The translations under genes and the position numbers were made by a program. A model generated the notes under the pieces. It was not told the origin of the DNA. It searched no databases and was given only the letters and a program-made list of their open reading frames with translations. Below, in pieces: positions 38,012-50,472 of a DNA stretch of 64,000 bases (positions are counted from its first letter, which is position 1; every line of letters begins with the position of its first letter). This DNA is from Podarcis pityusensis. Taxonomy: Eukaryota. The stretch is from NCBI GenBank assembly GCA_964106645.2, contig OZ078259.1; one strand, written 5' to 3'.

Positions 38012-39454
38012 GAGCCAGGGGAGAGACATATTATCAGCCATGCTAGCAAAATGAAGCCTCCACATTCAAGAGCAGCATGCATCTGAAAAGAAGTTTCTCT
38101 GCACCAAGTAGGGGAGGACTGTTGGCTCCAAGCCCTGCCAGCAGACATCTTGGGAACATCTGGCTGGCCACTATGGGAAATATGAAGCTGAGCTAGACAG
38201 ACTTTTAAGCTAATCCAGATGGGCCCTCCTCGTGTCCTTCTCATTAGCTTGATGGAAGTCTGTACACAGTCACACTAGAAACAAAAGGAACAATCTCCTG
38301 CCTTCTGTTAAGTAGTTCCCGTCACCCCTTTCCACAGTTTAACAGCTGTATCTGCTGCAGAGCTTTAATTGTAAGCTGAGGCCCTCGAGCCTCATGTTTC
38401 TAAACACTTCTTTCTAACCACCTGCTTCCAAATTGCATATAGGAAATCATCCAAAAAGATGTGAATGAGAAACAGCAACTACTTCAACCAGCAACAATGT
38501 CTGCATTTAGTCTGCAACAATAAGATCAAGGAATCTAGTCCAACTTTCCCTCAATTCAGGATCCACATTGCTGGATGCCACTAAAGCATTGATGATAAAT
38601 GGCCATGTAGCCATTGCTTAGATACCGTCATTTAAGTTAATCTCCTCTGATTGGCTTAGAAAAAGCACAGAATCCCCTGTCCCAAATCAAAACAATCTCG
38701 GCTAATCCCAAGACATTTCCAATTCAGTTAAACCCAACATGACCTTCATCAGGGGTACAATGGAGCACAGTCATTCTACCAGCTCTTAGGAACTTCCAAA
38801 TCTCTTATATCTGGCCACCTGTTTACCATGCTGGGAGGAATAAGGTCTCCTTTTGCCTTCCCTCCAATGCCTAACTCACTGTCCTAACAGCAGCAGGTGA
38901 AAGGAGAGAAAGAAAAAATGAGTGACCTCAGTCCTGAGACTGGAGCTGCAGCTAGATGGCAAGCAGGCAGGTAGGCAGGGTGGGGGGCAATTTGAGGCAA
39001 GCAGGAAGATGGGATGGTAGGTTGATAAGATAGAATTGAGTTCTCCTCAATTCTAAATTCTAACCCAGGGTAGGAATTGGGTGTCACAGTACTTGCCTCA
39101 TAGCTGAATAGAGTATTATGCCAAGATTTGCCCACAGAGTCAACTGACTGTAAATTTCACTACTTTATATATCTTCTTCAGGACCACTTCAGTGTTGCTT
39201 GTCGATGTGCAGAGCTCTTCTGCTTAATACGGGTTTCTCTACTGGTTTCAAACAAAGCAGAACTCATCCATATAAAGGTACAAAGTCCACTGAAATGAAT
39301 AGTTCATGACTTGTAGGTGATCAAGTTATAATCTGGATATATAAAGGGAAGGGCCAGAGTGGTTGAGCATCTGTTTTGCATGCAGAAGTCCCAAATTTAA
39401 ACCCCAGTACATATCTCCAAGCCAATCAGGGAGAGACTCCTGAGCTAGATCACT

Positions 39455-40510
39455 TGGACAAAGCTTCATTTATTTGAAGGAGGCCTTCTTGACTCTAATA
39501 GCTTATTTGACTTCTTGTTTACCACGCTGGTGTCCTCTTAGCCCTCATTGTACCTTTGCTGATCTGCGGTTTACACGCCAGTTGAGTTTCTAATATTGTG
39601 TTTTTAAACAAATCCCAAACGTTTCGGAGTGATTTGACCCTCTGAACTTTGCCTTTCAACTTCCTTTTAAACAATCTCCTCATTTGTGGGAAGTTTCCTA
39701 TTTTTAAATCAAATGTCACTGTGTGGGATGTTCTCGGCAACTGGCCATTTTCAAGTATAATTGATTTAATAGCACTATGATCACTGCTCCAATCTGGCTC
39801 AGCAACACTTACCTCTTATACTACATCCTGGGCCCCATTCAATATTAGGTTCTGGGTTGCTGCCCCTCTAGTCAGTTCCAACAACAATTTTTCAAGATTA
39901 CAGTCATTTAGGGTGTCCAGAAATTTTAAACCTCTTTCTCATGTCTAGAACACATACATCGTCGGTTCAAAGTACCCATTACTACAGTGTCTTCTCTTTT
40001 GGAGGCTTCCTTACTTTCATCTTTCATCTCAACTTCTCCCTTGAGATGGGGAGACAGGAGCATGACCCCAGTACTAATTTGATGCCATGTATCAACACCC
40101 ACAATTATTATGTGGAGAAGTCTGCCCCTTTCAGGATTTCTAGTTTACTGGACTTAATGCTTTGTTCGATGTACAGAACAATACTACCTCTGAACTTCTG
40201 AACAGAAGCCTCCTCAACTCCCATGGTCCTATATGTTCTTTTCCTCTTCAATCAGTTTAAAAATATGTTCTTCCACCTTTTTATTTTAAGCACCAGCAGT
40301 CTGATTCCATCCCAGTTCAAGTGGAGCACATCCCTTTTGTACAGGCCCAGCTTTCACTAGAATGATTTTGGAAGTTTTGCATTTCAGCATACTACTTAGC
40401 AACCTTAATTTAACTTCCATGAGCTTGTAACTACATTTTCCCATGTCACTGGTACCAACATGCACCACGACTACCATCTCCTCTCCAATACTATCCAGTG
40501 ATGAGCAGCT
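39455..40510 (-). mobile_element. CR1 LINE internal fragments: ORF1 esterase part plus ORF2 endonuclease end and linker
   Basis: 40286-40477 gives VVVHVGTSD (SGNH-esterase block of CR1 ORF1). 39519-39930 gives ...SDHSAI...GNFPQMRRLF...WDLFKNTILETQ...PAW (CR1 ORF2). Confidence 0.8.
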
Positions 40511-42175
40511 TCATAGCCCATGTTTTCTCTTCTAATGTTCCTCTATCTTTAAACTGGATTTGGACTGGACAGCCCTTCAAATAAAAGACTCCTTCTAGTA
40601 GAGTCCTGTGCAGTGTACAGCAGGGTATCTGGCCACTTTTTACATCCAAACTTGTCTTCAACAATTCTGTTGTGGACTGGAGATTAACTTTTTTCATTCC
40701 TTCTAATCCAGAAATAGAAGTCCTACTGATTTAAGGTATGCCACCTTTAAAACACACATATACACATGCCCCAAGTGACATATCAAATTAACAGCTTAAG
40801 AATTTCACGAACTATTTCAATAATATCTCATTTCAATAGCATATCAAACATTAAAGAATTAGCCAAAAGCTCAAAGCAGCCACAGAAATAGCACAAGCTG
40901 AATTAAATGAGCCAAATTTAAATATGAAACCAGTAATATAAAATACACAAATTTTTAAATGCAGGTATGTGAGTATACAGAGATGGGCTTATTACAGAGT
41001 ATACAGAGATGGGCTTATTATTGCTGCTCTTTTCATGGGAAGAGAAACTTCATCGTTTATATTTCAGGAGACAGGCATAGTCTCCTATCCCTGCTTTGCT
41101 GCTGCATTGCACCTCTGAATAAATGTACTTTTTTAAAAATCTGGAATGCAGCTTGGAATGAACAACTGCCCAGATTCTTGGAAATACCCAGTGTGTGTTT
41201 AATTTTGCAGTTTCAGTTTTGAAGTGCAACAACAGCCCTAGGAGTTATGAAAATAAGTCGGAGCCTCGAGTGCTGAAAAGTGCCACTTGTCGGCTTATGG
41301 AGCATTTAGTTGGACGTGCTTATGCCATACAGATTCCCAGCCCTGGCAAAGAGTTTAGCACTCATATTTCATTTTGCAGCTTGAATAGGACTGTATTTTC
41401 ACAGAAGGAGGAGAGAGAGAGAGTGAGAGAGAAAGGAAAAAAACCAGACTCAAATCCTTTCTATTCCTGCCAGGAAAGCAGAGGTGACATTTAACACTCA
41501 TATGTAGTATTTTCCCCCGTTGAGTTTAAATAGAATTCTTTGTTAATAGACAAGTAAGTGTTAAGCTCCTAATATTTCCACCATGCCAAAATAGTTCAAG
41601 TTCGTCATTTTACAAAACAAAGTAGTTCATTTCAATTTCATCCAAACAAACATTTTATTAATAAAAGGTTCATTTTTAAAAACATGTGATAAAGTGACTA
41701 AGTGTCTGCAGCAGCAGCAACAACACCTATGTTTCTGTGTAAAATGCCTAGAGCATTGCCTCTACGTTTTGCTTTCTAACTTTTTATATAGATGAACGAG
41801 TTGAATGGAAGCACTGCCAAGGGCACACACCCTTTAACTTCAACTTTAAGACTGTAGGAACATACTTGTTTCCTTCCCAGTTTAGTTCACTTTAGAGTTT
41901 GGGAGCAGTTATGAAATAATCACCAGTGCAATGGAACACATGCAATAGACCTCTGATTGAATGTGAGTATTTTGGATTTTTTAATTAGGATGTGAGTTGA
42001 ACAGCTATAATTAAAAGTTTGTCAGTGGTTTAGTTTTTTAAGTGCGCTCTTCAAGGATTTAACTTGGTCATAAAATTGTGACTGTGTTTGTGTGTCAGAG
42101 AGGGGTGGGATGAGATAATAATGCTTGATGTCCCTGCACTCAGCCTCCATGCATTCATCTGAACCAAACTCCATA

Positions 42176-43360
42176 CAGTGGTGCCTCGCAAGACGAAATT
42201 AATTCGTTCCGCAAGTCTCTTCGTCTTGCGAGTTTTTCGTCTTGCGATGCACGGTTTCCCATAGGAATGCATTGAAAATCAATTAATGCGTTCCTAGGGA
42301 AACCGCCTTCAGACCAGGTCCGGGGACAGTCTGTCCCCGGACCTCTTCTGAAGGCTGGGGGGGGGGGACAAGGGCTTTTCTTCCCACCCCCAGCATTTTA
42401 AAAAACCCCAGGACAGCGGAGGACTTCTCCGCTGTCCGGGCGATCTTAAAATGCTGGCGGGCGGCATTTTAAAATCGCCCCGGACAGCGGAGGACTTCTC
42501 CGCTGTCCGGGGCGATTTAAAAGCCCCTGGGAAGGCAGGCAGGGGGGACAAAGACTTTCGCCCCCCGCCCGCCTTCAGAAGGTGTTCCCGCCCCCCGCCC
42601 CGCTTCGGAGCAGCGTTCCGAAGCGGTGCGGCTGGGGCAGGTGTTCCCGCCCCCCGCCCCGCTTCGGAACAGCGTTCCGAAGCGGTGCGGCTGGGGCAGG
42701 TGTTCCCGCCCCCCCGCCCCGCTTCGGAACAGCGTTCCGAAGTGGGGCGGCTGGGGCAGGTGTTCCCGGCCCCCCCGCCCCGCTTCGGAACAGCGTTTTA
42801 AAATGCTGGGGGTCGGGAGCGAAGCGTTCGCTCCCGACCCCCAGCATTTTAAAATCTCCCCGGGACACGGGGAGATTTTAAAATGCTGGGGGTCGGCACC
42901 CCCAGCATTTTAAAATCTCCCCGGGACAGGGGGAGATTTTAAAATGCTGGGGGTCGGCAGCGAACGCTTCGCTCCCGACCCCCAGCATTTTAAAATCTCC
43001 CCGGGACAGCAGAGACTTCTCTGCTGTCCCGGGGAGATTTTAAAATGCTGGGGGTCGGCAGCGAACGCTTCGCTCCCGCCCGCCAGCATTTTAAGATCGC
43101 CCGGGGCAGGCGGGGGGGGGAGGCAGGCGGGGGGGAGCAAAGACTTTTGCCCCCCGCCGGCCTTCAGAAGAGGTCCTCTTCTGAAGGCCGGCTGTGGGCG
43201 AAAGTCTTTGCTCCCGACCGCCAGCATTTCCCTATGGGCTTTCGTCTTGCGATGCAAGCCCATAGGGAAATTCGTCTTGCGAAGCGCCTCCAAAACAGAA
43301 AACCCTTTCGTCTTGCGGGTTTTCCGTCTTGCGAGGCATTCGTCTTGCGGGGTACCACTG
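42176..43360 (+). mobile_element. Young Tigger/pogo-like non-autonomous transposon with a palindromic, tandem-repeat interior (CGTCTTGCG motif family)
   Basis: TA TSDs. TIR CAGTGGT(G/A)CC(T/C)CGCAAGACGAA. Eight CGTCTTGCG motifs near the ends. CpG undepleted. Confidence 0.92.
42581..42797. repeat. ~59-60-bp GC-rich minisatellite (about 3.6 copies), each unit with a CTTCGGAAC-agc-GTTCCGAAG hairpin
   Basis: Directly visible tandem units starting at ~42581, 42640, 42699 and 42759. Confidence 0.9.
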
Positions 43361-43586
43361 TACATGTTGCATGGAGGCAGGTTCTGTACATGTGTTTCAA
43401 TGTATATATGGTGATTGGGAACAGTGCCAGAAATTTCTCCCCTCTCTGTACATTTAATTCTACATTGTGTGAACTATTCTAGGTTGTGTTTATGATGTTG
43501 CGAATACATACACTGCCTGCATATTCAGTGGAATTCAGCCCAGTGCCAGACACTCCAAATGGGAGTGGGGCACTGGGGAAAAAATA

Positions 43587-43915
43587 CTGGATTGGCCCGA
43601 ATATAAGCCACACTCCCCCCCCCCTGTGAAAAGTTAACGTGCAGCTTATATTTGGAGCCAGGCACCGCCACTGGCTTGGGGAGCAGGGTGCCGAGCACTG
43701 GCCACCCCCAGTGTGGTAGTGCCAGGAGGCAGGTGTGCAGCGCGCTCAGAGCCGAGTGCCGGCACCGGTTTGGGGAGCAGGGCAATGCACGCCGGCCACC
43801 CCCCACCCCCTGTTCAGGGCAGTAGTGCCAGGAGGTGAGCCACACCCGCAAATAAGCCTTGAATTTTAAAGGTGTGGCTTATTTGCAGGTGCAGCTTATA
43901 GTTGGGTCAATATGG
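43587..43915. mobile_element. Tc2/pogo-like MITE
   Basis: TA|CTGGATTGGCCCGAATATAAGCC ... GCTTATAGTTGGGTCAATATGG|TA, with repeated GCTTAT subterminal motifs. Confidence 0.75.
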
Positions 43916-46141
43916 TATCAAAATATGGGATGGGAATTTTTTGGTCAGTCCCCTTAATTCCCTATGCTTTGGTAGGCTGTCACTTGGGACCTAACCAGTG
44001 AAACTCCCTACCAATAGAGGTTCAGCAGGAACCATCCCTCTGTCCCTTCAGACAATACAATTTTTCTGTATTAAGAGAAAGCTGCCTGTATTGCAATATG
44101 CAGTTATGGGTAAAGAGAAGACTGATCCTCATGAAACATTTGGAATACCTGGCCACAGAGGAGGCTGGTCTATCAGGGCAATTGGGACACTACTCCACCA
44201 GCCTTAGTCTGACTTCAACCAGTTCCTCATTTGCCTGCTTTCCTACTTAACAAACTTTCAGACTGCTCCTTCTTAATCTCAGTGTTGTCTTGTAGAACTC
44301 AGCAGGAGGGAAGAGGGAGACAAAATAAGAAGCAGTTGGCTCTGCCTGTCATTGGCTTTAGCCCCATCAACAGTTGAGCTTCTTGCTTCCGCCCTACCAG
44401 TCTCAATGGGCACCAGTCACTACTTGATGCCTTGGAGACCTCTTTAAATTTCACCCCAGCCTGATGCAGGTGGTTGGTTGACCCTGAAGGCGAGATCAAC
44501 CCTTTGGGACAGTCTCTTTGGGAGTGGAATGCAGATAAAAATCATTGGAATATATATGATAGAATGATTTCTGGCTATTCTGCTTTTTAACTATCAATTG
44601 GAAGTGAAACAGACTTTTGAGTTTTGTTTTTAAGTTACTGTGGGCCGTGCTGATGACAGTGATATGCACCTGGAACAACCAATGGATAATCAGTGTATGG
44701 TAGGGACTTAGTTATTTATTTTTCTGTTACAGTTTATGATCCTGCTCACATTATTCCATTTTAATATTGAATTTGACCCATTGTCTTTGATTAATTCCGG
44801 TTTGCTCTTTTTTAATGATGTCATGTTTTGGTATATATTTTCTGAGCTGCTTCGGGCATTGTTGACAATAGAAAATCAGCATATATGCTACACTAAACTG
44901 CACTGAGTTAAAAAACACACACACCCAAACCTTCTTGCAACTACTAACATAAATTTATGAGACAGATTCGTTCTCTGTGAAACATGAAGAATCCCACATA
45001 ATCCTATGATGAACAGTTCCTGGTTGTGCATGGTCCTGAGGATTATGGGATGGATAGCAGACAAGGATCCTGAACCTTTAAATGGCTTGGCATCCTCAAA
45101 TGGTGTCCATCCATGCCTCTTTAAATTGCTTTCAATATTGAAAAGACCGGTTAAAAATCAAATTATTTAAAGATATTTGGTCACTAGTATAAAATAAAAT
45201 GTTCAGTTTAATAGCCCTATTACAATAGCATTAAGGCCATTAAAACACTCCAGAGTATGTTTTAGGACTCCATTAATACACAGAGACCAGTTAGCCGGAT
45301 AGTTGGATTGCAGCCTTTTGCCTGCCAGTACACCCAAGGTGTGGATTAATTAAGCCATAAAATATGCCCAGTCATATCTAAATGGTACCAATGAACCCAG
45401 TATGAGGCTCTTATGCCTTATTTTAAGAGGTTAAAGTGTAATGAAGCGGTCTGAGTATATTGTGAATTTATTGAACATTTTTTAAAGAAAAGAAAAAAAG
45501 AAATAGTGAATGAGGAGGAGAGAAAAGTTAGCAATTTCAGAAAGATATCGATTTTGCCTTTTATCTTAATGAAAACTTATTTTATCCAATGCATCAAGCT
45601 GCATTGTACTTAACTACAAAGCTGGAAGAGTACGGGGGTATCTGTTATATGTAATGGGTGTGTGTGTGTGATGATGTGGGAATGTGAGTTATGGCCTGAA
45701 ACCCTGGAGACATGCTGCCAGTCACTGAAGATCATACTGTGCTAGATAGAACAATGATCTGGCATGGTATAAGGCATATTCTTATGCTATTATGGCCATA
45801 TTCAGCCATAGTGGCTGAGTGTTGAGTTAGGAAATAAAAGATCTACTGTCAAGTTTCTGTTCAGTAGGAATTCTAGATGGCTTAGGGAAGGGCTGAGAAA
45901 TTTCTTTTATTGCAGGTGTTAATATGTCAAGGGCTGGATGTGGGTCATACATGGGCCGGCAGCTGATGTTGCATGGAGTCAAATGAAGAAGTAGACAGTG
46001 GGGAACCCTTAAGGGGGAACCCTTTTCTCTCTTTCTCTTATTGCTGTCTCTTTTACTCTTACTCTCTCCTTTCCCCCCCTGCCATCCTTTCTTATCTTTC
46101 CCTCCCAGTGTGCTGCAAGAGAAGGAACAGATGTTTCTTAC

Positions 46142-46332
46142 TATAGAAGCCAACTCCTAGGGGCCGAGGGGTCTTTGTCCTCCACAATAAAAATATTTGA
46201 GAGGGCTGGGGTCCCCAAAGTGGATAGGCATTGTCATTCAAATGGGTGTGCCATGTCACAAGGCCATTTAGGTGGAGTGGGGCTTACCTGCCTGCCCCCT
46301 CCCAAAATATTTTATTCAAGTTGGCACCCCTG
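46142..46332 (+). mobile_element. hAT (Tip100-like) MITE
   Basis: Homologue of 6986-7175. 8-bp TSD tttcttac/gttcttac. Confidence 0.8.
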
Positions 46333-48057
46333 GTTCTTACCACAGGTCTGAACTGATCACTTGTAGAGAGCTTTCACCCCATTAAGCCTTATTTGTACTA
46401 TACATTTCAATCAGTATCGCACCATTTTAAACTGTTATCCTGGGAACTGTGGTTTGCCATGGGTGCTGAGAGTTGTTAGGAGAGCCCTACTCCCTTCCCC
46501 GAGCTTCAGTTCCCAGAGTGGTTTGGCAATCAATCTCTCTTCAGAGGAAAGCTTTTTCAAATCCTAGCAGACAATACAGTTAAGGCTTCAATTCTAAAGA
46601 CAGCAGGGTCACAGGGAACCAAACACAATTGAACTGCTGCATTCAGTGCCCTGCAGGCTCCGACCAGCAGGTAGAAAGTAAAAAAAAGGGGCAGCACTCT
46701 TGCAATCCTTTAGGGAGGGGAGAGTATTTTGAGGCTGGCACATGCAATTCACACTTTCTGAAACAATACGCAAACATTCTCTTGAATCTGTAATTCTCTG
46801 AATTTTGCAATGCAGTTCTCCAGCCAATGTATGCAAAAATGGACTTATTAGGATAAAGTGTACATTACAAAGGAATAATTTAGTGAAAAGAAATTACATA
46901 CAAAATGTGTTGCTTTTTAAAAATATGTTCATTAGATAGAAATTATATGCAAATATGTACATGAGAAATTCATATTAAACGTTGATGAATTTTCAGGAGG
47001 ACTGTTCTTTTTCTGAATTTTCTTTTTGGAAACTTACATGGAAGTGTGGAGAAATGGAAAGAAACCAAAGCTGACAGTTTCTCCCATCTCTATAGTGCTT
47101 TCTTTCCCCACCCCCTTCCTGTTCACTAGGAATAGTGGAATTCATTCTTATTTGAAAATTGGGAAAGCTATGTATAACGGCAAAATCAATAATTAAACAG
47201 CAACAATTTCATTTGAAAGAAATTACCTTCTGCTTGCATATTAACTGAGTTAGCAATAATTATTGTATTATTACTTATTTTGTTCGTTGCTTTTTCTTAC
47301 AAAGGTAACTCAAAGTGATTTACATTACAAAAAATAAATTAAACCTAACCATGAAGCTTAGATCTCATCTCAAAAGCACACAGCAAAACTCCAGGCCCAA
47401 AAAGGGTGTTTACTGTTGTTGTTGTTTTTTTTAAAAAAAAATATGGGGACATGACTTAAACTGTAAGAAAGTGTGTTTATTCCTCACTGTTTCTTTTAAC
47501 TTGTTAAACTGATCCTGGCAACAAACTTAAATCTAAGTTTTAAAAGATAAAGAAACAGCATATCACAGCTGTCTTGGCATTTCATTCTGTTTTATTTATG
47601 AATCCTTTTTGCCTCAGAAGTTTAATGGAATTTTCACTGTGATTTTTATTCCTGTGTGATTTATAATACATCAAACGTGTTAAATCAATCAGCGTTGGCT
47701 TAAAAACCAGTCCAGGTTGATATTGCCTCCATTAAAACAAATCCTTATGGTTGTTAGAACCCACACATGCTTGGGCATAAAAAGAGAAGTCATTAAGGCA
47801 CTGGACAGAGGTGTATATGATTTAAAGATCTCATTTTGCAGGTAAGTAATACCCAATTAGTTGTGAAGAGAGATGGTCTAAATATTGGAAATTGAATAAA
47901 GCGATCCAGTTCTACAGTGGATGCACCAACAAATTAAAGCTGATGGTGAGGAGCACACTTGAGATGTATTCTTAACTTTTCTATTTTAATTTCATTGCTG
48001 ATCCAAATCAGCTTATGCATTCAAATTAGAGATGTCCATAAAGATCTCCCAATACAG

Positions 48058-48059
<2 letters not shown>

Positions 48060-48095
<36 letters not shown>
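48060..48095. repeat. (TG)n microsatellite
   Basis: Directly visible. Confidence 0.95.
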
Positions 48096-48096
<1 letters not shown>

Positions 48097-48149
48097 GAAG
48101 TCCCTCTGAAAGGACAGGTGAATTGCTGGTGCCTGGTCCCAATAATCAC

Positions 48150-48367
48150 ACACACCATACATTTAAAGCACTCTTATACTACTTTAAGAGCTATGGCTTC
48201 CTCCAAAGGATACTGGAAACTGCAGCTTGTTAAGGGTCCTGAGAACTGTAGCACTGTGAGGGGTCTTCTAATAACTTTCAGCACCCATAACAAACCTCGG
48301 TTCCCATGATTCTTTGAGGGAAGCATGCATGTTAAAACAGTGCTTAAAATTTATGGTATGGACATGA
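48150..48367. mobile_element. Harbinger-like palindromic MITE, deleted copy
   Basis: Shares arms with 16540-16760 and 59155-59586. Confidence 0.55.
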
Positions 48368-48661
48368 CCTTGATACCAAAGCAATCAGTCCAGCCTGGGG
48401 ACAATCCATACCTACAGGCATTGGTGAGCTGCATCCTCTGTGGTGTCTTGTTTTTGTGTGGGGGGGGGGGTTGCCCTGTTGCAATGGGACAAGATGGATC
48501 CTCCTCAGGCAGTTCCCCTGCCACAACCAATTCCACTGCAATATATTGAATGGGCTCCAGTAGTCTGTAACATTAACCTTTCCATTTATTTTAATGTTAT
48601 AGATCAGCCCTGTGGGCATTTCTAGTCTCATAGGCATACTTCACCTAAAGATACCCTAGAG

Positions 48662-48797
48662 CAGGCATGGCCAAACTTGGCCCTCCAGCTGTTTTAGGAC
48701 TACAATTCCCAACATCCCTGACCACTGGTCCTGTTAGCTAGGGATGATGGGAGTTGTAGTCACAAAACAGCTGGAGGGCCAAGTTTGGCCATGTCTG
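48662..48797. mobile_element. hAT-Charlie/MER5-like MITE
   Basis: Near-perfect foldback CAGGCATGGCCAAACTTGGCCCTCCAGCTG... with a perfect 8-bp TSD ccctagag. Confidence 0.93.
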
Positions 48798-48809
48798 CCC
48801 TAGAGGATA

Positions 48810-49158
48810 AAAGGTAAAGGGACCCCTGATCATTAGGTCCAGTCATGGCCGACTCTGGGGTTGTGGCGCTCATCTTGCTTTACAGGCCGAGGGAGCCGGC
48901 ATACAGCTTCCAGGTCATGTGACCAGCATGACTAAGCCGCTTCTGGCAAACCAGAGCAGCGCACGGGAACGCTGTTTACCTTCCCACCAGAGCGGTACCT
49001 ATTTATCTACTTGCACTTCGATGTGCTTTCGAACTGCTAGGTTGGCAGGAGCAGGGACCGAGCAACGGGAGCTCACCCTGTCCTGGGGATTTGAACCGCC
49101 GACCTTCTGATCGGCAAGTCCTAGGCTCTGTGGTTTAACCCACAGTGCCACCCGCATC
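48810..49158 (-). mobile_element. Sauria SINE, full length
   Basis: Reverse-complement homologue of 28189-28544. 15-bp TSD ctgccctagaggata. Confidence 0.95.
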
Positions 49159-50440
49159 CTGCCCTAGAGGATACATTGTGTTTTTTGAAACCAAAATTCT
49201 GTCCGTGTAAAACGATCTAGAAAATGTTTATGGTGGCAGTGAAGCTGGCTGAACTACTCTAAAAGTACCAGGAAGTTTGTTTAGAAATAGACTAACTGGT
49301 CTGAGGGTAGCATTATCAGAGCATACAAAATGACTTAGGAAAGCGTAGTTAGGAGTAGGGAGCTGGTAGGTGAGAAGGTAGGTTCTGAGAAAGCAGGGCA
49401 TCATGGGAAGCAGTGGGGGGGGGATAAGACCTGCAAGAAAGAGCGTTCCGAGGAATAGTAATAGGAAGAAGAGAAGACTAGAGAGATGAGTCAACTTGGA
49501 AAAAGAACTGGCCCAAAGGAATGGGGAAAAGAGATGACTAGAAGTAAGGGTCAACCTGGCATGGAGAGTGGTCCAGAACAATGAGGAGGAGAGGGGTCAA
49601 TGGGAAATTGAGGGGGGTGATCTTAGGGAAGAGGTGCACATTGCTGAGAGTTGGAGAGCCTCCTTTCTCTTCATGATTTGAGATACCCATCCAAGCCTTT
49701 GTGTACAGACGTCTCTCCCCCTCTCTCTCCCTCTCTGACCTTCCTCTTTTGGACTCCAAGTAGCCCTCCAGGGGTGGATTGCAGTACTTTTAAATATGCT
49801 GATATTTCTTTGCCAAGTGTCTGCTCTTTTATTTTGGGGGAGAAAATGAATTTCCAGCAGGAACTGTAGCAGTTTCTTTATGGAAAGCTGTGATTTTTAT
49901 TGCCATGTCCCCACATTCCTATTAGGACTGTAAACCAGTGAGAAGCCATCTCCCCCAATTACCTGAAGAGCCTGCAAACGATACCACCTATCTAGCTCCA
50001 GTTAATAGGAGCATTCCACAACATCCAGCCTAGGTATATATTATGTGAGATTAGAGTTTGATCACCACCTTTTGTTACTGCTTTCCCCACAAGCACAATT
50101 TGGATGTTTGGAGCGGTGAGTATCAGATTGATTTGGCAGTTCTCTTTTTATCACTGTTTTGTATTATCATTATATTCAGGTTGATATTCCCTCATTTTCT
50201 TACTAGGCTTTATTGAATGCCCCAGAGAGGCTTTATTTGGTTTTTCTTAACATCTCAGAAGGATGTATGTGTGTGTGTTTAAAAGAGAAAGAGATTCATA
50301 CATAGGGATTGCCAGATCAATCAATTTCTTGTCCATGTCACTTTTGCATGTGTTCACTCATAAATCTACTCAATCCTATTTCTGCATTAATCAGCTGTTG
50401 TTGTTGTTTTTAAAATTGAAAAGTTGCATTTAAATGCATT

Positions 50441-50472
<32 letters not shown>

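Noticed and set aside
42797-43095. CRISPR-like repeat/spacer appearance
   Set aside because: The 'spacers' are variants of one hairpin rather than unique sequences. The context is a vertebrate MITE with no cas genes.
42309-43482. Cluster of overlapping 78-156 aa ORFs on both strands
   Set aside because: A by-product of GC-rich palindromic repeats lacking stops. Translations are repetitive and show no transposase (DDE/HTH) motifs.
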